IMG/VR virus record: IMGVR_UViG_3300044640_001495
Location: 124,001 to 188,000 of that record
Length of the DNA stretch: 64,000 nucleotides
Direction: 5' to 3' (one strand)
Shown here in pieces: positions 47,089 through 56,245 of the stretch. The notes under the pieces are model-generated. The model did not search any database, was not told the DNA's origin, and saw only the letters and a program-made list of their open reading frames with translations. Numbering within the stretch: position 1 is the stretch's first letter; every line of letters starts with the position of its first letter. The translations under genes were made by a program, and so were the position numbers.

Positions 47089-48000
47089 TTATGAACCAGA
47101 AATTGCGCTCAAAGAAGACGACGAGGGGCCTACAGTGGTAAATGTCCCACTTGGTTGTAAAAATCCAGAAGGACGAACCTGATCAACTGTTAGAGTAAGC
47201 GTACCGTCAACTAAATCTCCAGGAGGAATTGCCGGTGTTCCGCCTCCTGGCACTGGATCAGTGTATGCATCTAACCACGTTATTCTAAAATTAACAATGT
47301 TTGCTGTTCCTAACAAGTTATTAGAAACATTACAAGACGCTTCTAACCGCCATTTATTATTAGAATATGCCGAGCTACCTGAAATTTCAGCAAAAGTTTG
47401 AAAACTACTAGTTAAAGAAAAGAAATTAATTCCAGAGGGGCCACCTACAAATGCTTGAGCTCCTGCAGAATTCAATAAATTACTCCACGATGTATTTTGT
47501 GCTTCACCGTTGCCGCCAGTTCTAGTACTAGCGAATCGAATTTTTCCGCCGGCATTAAAGAAGAATCTTGCCTGTTCTGCTGTAGAAAATGTAACTGATG
47601 CTGTAGCACTAACTGATTGATACCACGAAGAAGTAAATGATGTGCTGTTGATTGCTTCTGTAACAAATTGTCCTGTACCTAGGTCAAATCTATTTGTAGT
47701 TGCTGTATCTGCAAAGGTATTGTATTGAAAATTAGGTTGGCTGGCACCAAATCTCACCACATCGCCTACAGCCACTGTGGTCAATGCGGCAGCTGATCCT
47801 GTTTGATGTAACAGCGCATTATAGATATCATATCTCAAGGCATCCCATTGAGTCTTTGTTACTGAATTTCCTGCTGCTACTAAAGAACTGAATGTGTTTT
47901 GTCCGTAACCAGAATTACCAGCTCCCGTGGCCATTACATTGAATATTTTTGTTCTGATTGTGTTATAATCAGTTGCAGAAATAAAATCACCGATTGCCAT
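47089..48000 (-). CDS. virion structural protein (tail/fibre-associated)
   Basis: 303 aa S/T/G-rich; follows fibre genes. Confidence 0.7.
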   Translation of the reverse strand: MAIGDFISATDYNTIRTKIFNVMATGAGNSGYGQNTFSSLVAAGNSVTKTQWDALRYDIYNALLHQTGSAAALTTVAVGDVVRFGASQPNFQYNTFADTATTNRFDLGTGQFVTEAINSTSFTSSWYQSVSATASVTFSTAEQARFFFNAGGKIRFASTRTGGNGEAQNTSWSNLLNSAGAQAFVGGPSGINFFSLTSSFQTFAEISGSSAYSNNKWRLEASCNVSNNLLGTANIVNFRITWLDAYTDPVPGGGTPAIPPGDLVDGTLTLTVDQVRPSGFLQPSGTFTTVGPSSSSLSAISGS

Positions 48001-48009
48001 AAATTTTCC

Positions 48010-49764
48010 TTATAATACCAATGCTTCAACTAGTTTGCGATCTAGGTCTGTGTTTGATTCTAATGCAATAGCAAACACATCGTTGTCCTGCGGTTCGGCT
48101 GCCACGGCATTGCCATTATTTGCAGCTACAAGACGTTGACCTTTTTTCACTGCTCCTGTAACATACACAGGCACACGCCCTTTGAGAGCAATATATGTTC
48201 CGCCTTCAAGATCTTTGTTCATCATAAATCCAGGATTGGCCGATACCACTCCTACAGCTCGGTCGCCATACTGTGCAGCGGTGACTTCTTTGTCTCCGCC
48301 TACTGCTACCACTGTGCCTACTTCATATTCTTTATCTGCTAGATATTTTTCAGCAAGATCTGCATATTGCGCTGCGGTTGCTGTGCCGTCGAAGGTATTG
48401 GCCAATAAATTTCCTGAACCATCTCTAGCTGCAATTGTGTTGGCTGTTTTTGTAGTCTTAGCAGACCTGTAATCGGGATCTGTGTCTACTGCTGCATCAT
48501 TTATCCTAGTTCTATCTGATTTATCTACAACCCCAATAAATCTAGTAGCAGTAATATTACCACTGCCATCTCTCAAAGCCACAGAAGTTGCCACTGCGCC
48601 AAGTTCTCCAACTAGACTGTTCAAAGTCAAAGCGTTGGTGGCTGTACCTGTGACTGAACCTATCACGTTGCCTGTGAGTGTTCCCGAGAAGCTGCCTGAG
48701 AATATTTTTGTAACCGCGGTATAGGCCACAGAATTGTCGTCAGCAAGTATATTACCTTTGTGTACACCTGTGGTATTTCCGGTTACATTACCAGTTAACG
48801 CACCTGTAAATGTGGTTGAATGCACGTTGGCCCATTTGGAAACAGCAGAACCAAGAGTAAAGAAATTGTCTGTACCTGGAATCATGCCGGTTGCGGTTAT
48901 AATGCCAACATTGCGAAGATCACTATCCGATACTCTTATTCTCAAGGTTATAGTGTTGCCTAATCTGTTTTCAATAATAGGTTCATCGCCGTTTTCAACA
49001 CGGATTCTTAAATCATTTTGATCGCCTACTGTAAGACCGGCATCGGCGAAAGCAATTGCATTGGTAAAGGATACCTCACCCAGTCTAACATATTCACTAG
49101 CAGGAAAGCCGCCTAATCTCAACGCATTACTTGCTGATCCCCAGAAATAATGATCTGTGGTTGTTACTCCGGTAGTTCCGTTAGTGTTAACTAAGTTGAC
49201 ACCTTTTTTGATCACCGAAAATCCTGTTATAGGATTTAAAACGCTGTTTAAGGTAAATGCATCTTTGCTGACGATTGATATTACATCACCGCCAGATTGA
49301 AATTTTACTATGGTATGATTGTTGTTGAGAGTGTCTTTGACTACCTGTGCTTGTACTGCTGATGCACCTAGATCTGGCAAGGTTTCAGGGCCAATTAATA
49401 CAAATTCAGTGCCAGTATAGGCATACAGTTGTTCGGCTCCGGTATCAAACCAAAAATCTCCGGCCTGCAATCCGCTAGGAGGAGTAGGTCCTATCTCTGC
49501 GCCGCTGGCTGTTCTAAATTTTGTGCCGTCGTAAAATCGTAGTTTTTTTAGGCCACTGTCATACCAAATTTGACCAGTTACTCTTTTTGGAGGGGCTGAT
49601 GTATTGGCAAAGTTTTCCAGCAAATGTAGGAAATTCTCGTTCTGTACTTCGCCGTAGCCAGCGTAATTTTTACCTACAAAACGCAAATCAGTGGTGGTAT
49701 CAATGGTACCGTCGTCGACAGAGACTAAGAACGTTCCATTAAATTTGTCTACTTGATATGCCAT
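48010..49764 (-). CDS. tail fibre protein
   Basis: Shared N-terminal GxNYxGYGE.QNENFL.LLENFA domain, G-x-L-T-G-N-V repeats, C-terminal AQYADLAEKY domain. Confidence 0.85.
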   Translation of the reverse strand: MAYQVDKFNGTFLVSVDDGTIDTTTDLRFVGKNYAGYGEVQNENFLHLLENFANTSAPPKRVTGQIWYDSGLKKLRFYDGTKFRTASGAEIGPTPPSGLQAGDFWFDTGAEQLYAYTGTEFVLIGPETLPDLGASAVQAQVVKDTLNNNHTIVKFQSGGDVISIVSKDAFTLNSVLNPITGFSVIKKGVNLVNTNGTTGVTTTDHYFWGSASNALRLGGFPASEYVRLGEVSFTNAIAFADAGLTVGDQNDLRIRVENGDEPIIENRLGNTITLRIRVSDSDLRNVGIITATGMIPGTDNFFTLGSAVSKWANVHSTTFTGALTGNVTGNTTGVHKGNILADDNSVAYTAVTKIFSGSFSGTLTGNVIGSVTGTATNALTLNSLVGELGAVATSVALRDGSGNITATRFIGVVDKSDRTRINDAAVDTDPDYRSAKTTKTANTIAARDGSGNLLANTFDGTATAAQYADLAEKYLADKEYEVGTVVAVGGDKEVTAAQYGDRAVGVVSANPGFMMNKDLEGGTYIALKGRVPVYVTGAVKKGQRLVAANNGNAVAAEPQDNDVFAIALESNTDLDRKLVEALVL

Positions 49765-49786
49765 TGATCAACTCCGTTGTAACTAT

Positions 49787-49794
49787 TATTTATC
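49787..49794 (-). promoter_or_regulatory. late promoter motif (GATAAATA)
   Basis: Intergenic, upstream of GGAG SD of 49764. Confidence 0.6.
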
Positions 49795-49808
49795 GTAAAT
49801 ACACCCAT

Positions 49809-51626
49809 TTAAACTCTGCCCACTGCTACTTCTATAACACCACTTACACCATCAAAATCAACTAGAGCTTTACCTATAATTGTACCTATTTGAGGATTAA
49901 TTGCTTTTCTAGCATATCCTTCGCCTGCACTCATTAGCATATCACCTTTAGATATTTTACCGCGGACCTTACAAGGGGCTCTACCCTGTAATGCAATGGC
50001 AACTACATAGTTACCACTACATTCGCTGTTCATTAGGTATGCAGGATCTGTTGAGACAATACCCGCTAGTCTATTTGTGCCGTCTTCTGCTAGAGTTACT
50101 TCAAACTCACCACCAAATTCAAGTACTGTACCTGGCTCATAATCTTGATCTGCTACATATTTTTCAGCAAGATCTGCGTATTGTGCAGCAGTGGCTGTAC
50201 CTACAAAAAAGTTGGCATGCACGTTGTTCCATTTTGCAGTGGATATTCCTAGATCGGTAGTAGCAGTATTTACTGGGATCATAGCTGGAGCATTGAGTCC
50301 CCCTAACGCCAATGCGGTAGCTGCATTTACCATAGAGATTGCAGCCGTACTTGACGGTTGCGTTGGATCAAGAATTGTGAAATGTATTCCAGAATTACGT
50401 GAATGTAATGTTGGTATTGTGGATGCGTCTAAATATATTCTCAAAGGCGCCACACTGGTGCTAGGTCCTCCGAGTGTAATGCCGGTTGCGCCAGCGACAT
50501 CTAGAGAAGATAGAGTTCCTACATTAGTAAGGTCGGAATCTACTATGTTGGTTGCCAATTGAGTGCCAGTCAATGTGTTGCCGTCTGCAGGTACTGTGAT
50601 ATTTGCACTACCGTCAAACAGTACTGTGTTGATTGTTCTTGCTGTTTGTAATTTTGTAGCTGTGAATGCATTACCGGATAAAGTGGCCCCTATAAATTCG
50701 TTGGCTGATACTATGTTAAAAGTACTAGTTCCACTGGCAGTGGTCACGTTACCTGAGACATTGCCAAGTAGATTAGCAGTGATTGTTCCTGCTGAAAAAT
50801 CTCCGGCACTATCTCTAGCCACAATTTTACCTATGACATTACTGGGGCTAGCATCCACACTCCAAGTAGTGGCTGTTGATCCATTAAAATTTGCACCTGT
50901 AAGATACGTGCCTCTTGATAATGTGTTTGTGGTGTTGGATGTTATGGTTATGTCTGTTTGGCCATCGAAATACACCCCGTTAATGAGTCTACCAGGATTC
51001 AATTTACTGGCAGATTCTGCATTTCCCACCAGTGAGCCTATTACTGGCCTAGCTGTTGAGATATTGGTTCCTGCCTGCAGGATTGAAAATCCAGGTATAG
51101 CGTTGGCATCATCAATGGTAAAGGCATCATCGACACATACCGCCAACACTGTGCCATCTACTACCACCTTGATAGCTGCATGTTCAGTGCCATTGCTATC
51201 CATAATTTTTTCAGCTAGAACTTTGGTTGTATCAAAACCTTCAATAGCTTCAGGTCCTATCAATTTCCAAAATCCAGAATCATATACAAAAAGTTGATCT
51301 GTGATATCTTTGTACCAAATGCCGCCGTCGAATCCTTCTGGTTCAGTGTCACTAATAACAGCAGATCCCACAGGAGTCCAGGCTGTACCATTATAAACAT
51401 TCAGTGCGCCAACATCGGTGTTATACCATGTTTGTCCTGTGATTGGTCTAGACGGTGGATTTTCATTGGCAAAATTTTCAAGCAAAAACAAAAAATTTTC
51501 ATTTTGTGTTTCACCATAGCCAGTGTAGTTTCTGCCAAGCAATCCTAGACTGGTTGAGGTATCTAGTGTGCCATCTTCTAGCACTACTAATTGCTGACCG
51601 CTAAATCTGTTTATGATATATGCCAT
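49809..51626 (-). CDS. tail fibre protein
   Basis: Same N-terminal domain, ARTINxVxFDG repeats, C-terminal AQYADLAEKY domain. Confidence 0.85.
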   Translation of the reverse strand: MAYIINRFSGQQLVVLEDGTLDTSTSLGLLGRNYTGYGETQNENFLFLLENFANENPPSRPITGQTWYNTDVGALNVYNGTAWTPVGSAVISDTEPEGFDGGIWYKDITDQLFVYDSGFWKLIGPEAIEGFDTTKVLAEKIMDSNGTEHAAIKVVVDGTVLAVCVDDAFTIDDANAIPGFSILQAGTNISTARPVIGSLVGNAESASKLNPGRLINGVYFDGQTDITITSNTTNTLSRGTYLTGANFNGSTATTWSVDASPSNVIGKIVARDSAGDFSAGTITANLLGNVSGNVTTASGTSTFNIVSANEFIGATLSGNAFTATKLQTARTINTVLFDGSANITVPADGNTLTGTQLATNIVDSDLTNVGTLSSLDVAGATGITLGGPSTSVAPLRIYLDASTIPTLHSRNSGIHFTILDPTQPSSTAAISMVNAATALALGGLNAPAMIPVNTATTDLGISTAKWNNVHANFFVGTATAAQYADLAEKYVADQDYEPGTVLEFGGEFEVTLAEDGTNRLAGIVSTDPAYLMNSECSGNYVVAIALQGRAPCKVRGKISKGDMLMSAGEGYARKAINPQIGTIIGKALVDFDGVSGVIEVAVGRV

Positions 51627-51652
51627 TTATCGCTCCGTTACATATTTAACCA

Positions 51653-53491
51653 TTAAGATACAAATACCCATGCTCCAGAAATAATCTGGAATGTTTTAAC
51701 TATCCTTGAAACCACCAAGCCAGGCGCTGCCACTGTAGCAGTGGTAAAACTAACGTTGTTTATACCAAACGCTGTGCCTGTTGGAGTCACAAATTCAGTT
51801 GAAGAAGTTGATAACAATGGATTAATATCAAGATTGGTAGTACTGTTGATCAACAGTGAACACAGCACTCTAGCAATGGTGCCATTGTTGTATTCTGCTA
51901 CCGGTGATATTTGTTCTAATAGTGTGGCAATACCTGCATTAGAAATACCGTCGGATATGTCTAGGCTGAGCACAATACTTCTAGCTTTGATGGTATTATC
52001 AACATAATTTTTTGTGGCAGCATCTTGTGCAGAAGTTGGGTCTGCTACTGATTTGATCTTTTTGCTGCCTAGGTTAAGGCCACCTGTGCCGTCAATAAGC
52101 AATGACAGATCAGTGTTTGATGTTGTTACTTGTATAGCTGCATCATTGAGATATAGACTATCCACAGATAATTGTGTTTGTACACCGAAGCTGGTTACAC
52201 CTGGAATGCTGGTAATTCCAGGACCCAGTGATGTACCCGACAACACAGTCACTCCGTCAATTTTAAATTCTTTGCCTGTGGCTAAATTTATGTGTTCTGA
52301 ACTAGTCCATGCAGCACTGGCCAATGCAGGTAGAGCATCATTGTAGCCTTCGGCAGTTGCAGTACCGCTGGTAGCCTGTGCTGCTTGACCTACATCATGC
52401 CATAAAAATACATGGCTAGCAGCTCCTTGTAGTACCACTCCGCCGCTAGCCGCATTTGCATCTGTGGGCACAATACCGGTTTGTTTGGCCAACACTATGT
52501 TTTTGTCTTCAATAGTCACAGTACTGGTATTCACTGTGACTACATCTCCATTCACAGTTAGGTCTCCCTGCACTGTGAGACTTCCACCTATTTGTACTTC
52601 ACTAGTAGGAAAGCCATCATATAAACTAATTCGACGAGCATCAGCTTCTATGGTGACTGCTGATTCTGCGATAACATCTCGTCTAACGTTGAAAGTCATC
52701 TGCTTGTTTGAAGCAATGTTGGCAATGATTAAATTACCGTCTTGAACTTGAAATTGTCCTTGGTTGGCATCTCCAATAATCAAACCTAAATTTGATGAAA
52801 TAATAATCTGTCCGTTAACAATATTACTTGTATCGTTTCTAACATATAGGCTTGCAGGTTGTCCTCCAAGTTTTTCACTGTTTGTCACAGTGACGTTGAA
52901 TTTAAGATTAGTCAATGTTCCTGCGCTGAATCCAGGTATGATGCTGCCACTGAATCCATCAATGGGAAGTTTGGGAGTGAATGCGTCTTTGGAAAAAATA
53001 CCCAGCAATATACCGTTGGCATAGAGATATACCACCACTCGATTTTGATTTAGTGAGTCTAGAATATTCACTACCTTTAAACCACTAATACCTTGAGTTA
53101 CAGAATAATCTGGCCCTAATAATATTGTGTTTGTGCCGTCAAAGAAATACAACTGCTTAGCCACATCATTGAACCATAGATCTCCCACACCCAGATTCAA
53201 GGGTTGTTGACTGGATATTGTAGCAGAGCTTACTGGTACAAAGCCGGTTCCGCTGTAGACTTTTAATTTTAATTCACTTACATCGAACCAAATCTGTCCT
53301 CTAATAGGACTTGTAGGTTGGCTAGAGCTGGAAAAATTTTCCAACAGTTTGACAAAATTTTCATTAATTGATTCACCAAAGCCACTGTAGTTTTTTCCTA
53401 CCAGTGTAAGATCTGTTGATAACTCATCTATCTGACCATCTGCCACTGTGGCTAAAATTGTTCCGTCAGTTTTGTTAATTGTATATGCCAT
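51653..53491 (-). CDS. tail fibre protein
   Basis: Same N-terminal domain; VADPTSAQDAATKNYVD motif. Confidence 0.85.
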   Translation of the reverse strand: MAYTINKTDGTILATVADGQIDELSTDLTLVGKNYSGFGESINENFVKLLENFSSSSQPTSPIRGQIWFDVSELKLKVYSGTGFVPVSSATISSQQPLNLGVGDLWFNDVAKQLYFFDGTNTILLGPDYSVTQGISGLKVVNILDSLNQNRVVVYLYANGILLGIFSKDAFTPKLPIDGFSGSIIPGFSAGTLTNLKFNVTVTNSEKLGGQPASLYVRNDTSNIVNGQIIISSNLGLIIGDANQGQFQVQDGNLIIANIASNKQMTFNVRRDVIAESAVTIEADARRISLYDGFPTSEVQIGGSLTVQGDLTVNGDVVTVNTSTVTIEDKNIVLAKQTGIVPTDANAASGGVVLQGAASHVFLWHDVGQAAQATSGTATAEGYNDALPALASAAWTSSEHINLATGKEFKIDGVTVLSGTSLGPGITSIPGVTSFGVQTQLSVDSLYLNDAAIQVTTSNTDLSLLIDGTGGLNLGSKKIKSVADPTSAQDAATKNYVDNTIKARSIVLSLDISDGISNAGIATLLEQISPVAEYNNGTIARVLCSLLINSTTNLDINPLLSTSSTEFVTPTGTAFGINNVSFTTATVAAPGLVVSRIVKTFQIISGAWVFVS

Positions 53492-53502
53492 TTGTTTTTA
53501 CC

Positions 53503-55575
53503 TTAGAATGCTGGCGGACCAGAATGAATAATATAATTCAATGTCAAAAACGGATTTATAACTGAAAATTCTTGCCCCAGTGTTCCGGATGTTTTAATGC
53601 CTCCCGAACTGGGGATATATTGACTTTGTCCCACAGTGGTTGGACCTTTTTCTGAGAAAGATCCCACATCACTAGGTATGGCACTATCTACTCTAGTTGC
53701 AAAGTATTGTTGTCCAGTTGATCCTTTCATGTTGTGTTCATGATCTGGTAAATTCAATACAGTAAGCGTGTTGGCACTTTGTCCACCGCTGTCACCGAGA
53801 TTGTCGGGAGCGGTGCCGGATACTCTATCTACATTTCCGCCACCTGCATCAATAAAGCCACCTGTGCTATTAGGCACAGTAAAAGCATTATCCATATTGT
53901 CTTTGCCAAGAGGAAATCTACCTCTGAGATCCGGTACCTTAAACGTATTGATACCGTTAAGAGCTGCCGCTCCATTGTAGGTTGTGCCAATAACATCATA
54001 TAAATCAGAATATTTTGTCTGTTCAAGTTCGCTGCCGTCGCATAAGATATAACCATATGGAGCTTCTGCCCCGGCATACGGCAATATAGCTCCAATCGGC
54101 ACAGCTAAATCAGCAACAAAGGTGTTTCGTGTTTCTTTGATCAGACCAATACTAGGTCGAAAAACCAATACAGTATCTTGCGGGGTCGATATTAAAGGAA
54201 AAGGTTCGTCTTTGCTACTGATTAATGCAGAGGTCAAGGTAGTAGTAAATGTTTTAGTATTTCCGCCCACCTGTCCATCGAATATAAAAGATGGAGCTGT
54301 TACGTCTCCTTCCATTTTAAATGTTGATGTAAATTTTAAGTTTGTTGCCGTAGATGCATTGCCGACAATGTTTCCGGTCAAAACTCCTTCAATAGTTTCA
54401 GCTATTAAATTTTTAGTTCTAACATTTTTCCAACGTTTCAACACCGTACCACTGTCATAAAAATCTGTAGCAGACGGCTGTATATTATCAAATTCGCTGA
54501 CTCCGGTAACTTTGAGCCCATCTCCAATAATTAGATTCTTTGTAATAGCTGCGCCGCCGGCAGTTCTAAATGTACCGTTATTGAAATTAGAACTTGCTGT
54601 GGTGCCTGTTAGAATTAGTGAACCATTGGTTTTAATATTGCCATCAACATGTAGGGCCTCATCTGGCGATAACACATTGATACCCACGGTGTTGCCAATT
54701 ACTCGTAGTACTGTGGATGGAATACCATCATTATTAATTTGCAAATCGATACTGCCGCCGGGAGTTGAATCATAAATCCTAGAAGCTACATCTGAAGTGG
54801 TAAGACTAAATGTACCATTGACTCCGATAGTAACACCTTGATTATTTCTAACATTGATGCCAAATTCGGTGGTATTGACAATATCAGAGCGCAAGAATTT
54901 GGCTGCAGGAATTTCAACATCTGAAACAATCAGTGACTCGGCAGATGTTGCAGCTCCATATATTTTGGTATCAAATCCGCCAAGACCAATATTGTTTTCT
55001 GTAATGTTTAGTCCAGACTTGATGGTAATAAATCCTGAAAGAGATAATTTTGGAGTAAAACTATCCTTGCTGAATATAATTACTGGAATATCTTCAATGT
55101 AAAATATCAATATCACTCTAGATACGTTATCTGAATCTGTAATAGATTCCACTATAGGACCGCTTCGTAGTCCTGTTGAAAAGTTAGGTCCTACTAGAAT
55201 CCAGCGTGTGCCACTGTAGACATATAGCTGTTGATTGGTGGTGTCTACCCATAGTTCTCCAACTTTTGACTGTTCAGTAGAAGGTTCAACTCCACCTTTC
55301 TGGATGTTGCTGGCTGCCTTCCAGGCTGTACTGTCCCACAACTGAAGTACACCGTCAGTTGTGTTATACCACAGTTGACCTTCAACAGGATTTACTGGTT
55401 GTGTTTCTTTGGCAAAATTTTCTAACAGTGCTAAAAAATTTTCAGCTATTGTCTGACCGTATCCTGTTACGTTTCTACCAGGGAATGTTAAACTGGTGTC
55501 TGTGCTGGAAGTATTGTCGTATACCGTGATTGGTAACTTGTTGTCTTTGTCTGTAAAATTAACAATATATGGCAT
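53503..55575 (-). CDS. tail fibre protein with tail-collar domain
   Basis: Same N-terminal domain; PIGAILPYAG..AP.GY.LCDG...FKVPDLRGRF collar motif. Confidence 0.88.
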   Translation of the reverse strand: MPYIVNFTDKDNKLPITVYDNTSSTDTSLTFPGRNVTGYGQTIAENFLALLENFAKETQPVNPVEGQLWYNTTDGVLQLWDSTAWKAASNIQKGGVEPSTEQSKVGELWVDTTNQQLYVYSGTRWILVGPNFSTGLRSGPIVESITDSDNVSRVILIFYIEDIPVIIFSKDSFTPKLSLSGFITIKSGLNITENNIGLGGFDTKIYGAATSAESLIVSDVEIPAAKFLRSDIVNTTEFGINVRNNQGVTIGVNGTFSLTTSDVASRIYDSTPGGSIDLQINNDGIPSTVLRVIGNTVGINVLSPDEALHVDGNIKTNGSLILTGTTASSNFNNGTFRTAGGAAITKNLIIGDGLKVTGVSEFDNIQPSATDFYDSGTVLKRWKNVRTKNLIAETIEGVLTGNIVGNASTATNLKFTSTFKMEGDVTAPSFIFDGQVGGNTKTFTTTLTSALISSKDEPFPLISTPQDTVLVFRPSIGLIKETRNTFVADLAVPIGAILPYAGAEAPYGYILCDGSELEQTKYSDLYDVIGTTYNGAAALNGINTFKVPDLRGRFPLGKDNMDNAFTVPNSTGGFIDAGGGNVDRVSGTAPDNLGDSGGQSANTLTVLNLPDHEHNMKGSTGQQYFATRVDSAIPSDVGSFSEKGPTTVGQSQYIPSSGGIKTSGTLGQEFSVINPFLTLNYIIHSGPPAF

Positions 55576-55577
55576 TT

Positions 55578-56237
55578 TTAGACCTCAGTGAAACTGGTTA
55601 AACTTTGAATACGTATCGTGTAGTCAATTTGTAACAGTCTATTTAATGACTTTTGCACAGGATGGAATATCACATGCGTTAACAGCTTTCCGGTTCCCAA
55701 TGGGTCAAAGGATACTAATCCTAATTCATCAAACACAAAATTGCCACTCATATCCACACTGTTGTCAAATGCTTCCTGACCGTCTGGCTCACCGTAGTCT
55801 AATATGCAACTGATGATGATATCACTATAGGTAGCTCCGCTGACATGGCGAATCTGCATTTTATTTCTTATAGGATCTACGTTTTCTATAGCAGTTTGAT
55901 CTATGACTTTTTGGAATGTTTGATTATATAGGCTGGTGTTTATGCCCACTGTATTGGGTGTTAGATACGTGATAAGACCTGTGGGATCAACGTTTGTGCC
56001 ACCATTGCCAAACACCATTTGATATAGCGTGCCTTGGCCTTGATTGCTAAGACTGTTTACCATGGCCACACTCATATTTTCATAATGAATTGCGTTTCTT
56101 TTGTCGATTAAAACTTCACCGCTGGTTGGATCAAATATCTTTATATGACCTTCAAAATGAAATCCACCGGTTTCATTAGGCAGTTTTTCAGGTTTTTCGC
56201 TATTGTTTGGCATGATGTTTTCTTGTTGGTTATTCAT
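55578..56237 (-). CDS. baseplate/fibre-attachment structural protein
   Basis: 219 aa between baseplate-like giant and fibres; FDELGL motif; AATAAATA 5 nt upstream. Confidence 0.65.
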   Translation of the reverse strand: MNNQQENIMPNNSEKPEKLPNETGGFHFEGHIKIFDPTSGEVLIDKRNAIHYENMSVAMVNSLSNQGQGTLYQMVFGNGGTNVDPTGLITYLTPNTVGINTSLYNQTFQKVIDQTAIENVDPIRNKMQIRHVSGATYSDIIISCILDYGEPDGQEAFDNSVDMSGNFVFDELGLVSFDPLGTGKLLTHVIFHPVQKSLNRLLQIDYTIRIQSLTSFTEV

Positions 56238-56245
56238 AGTAGTAT

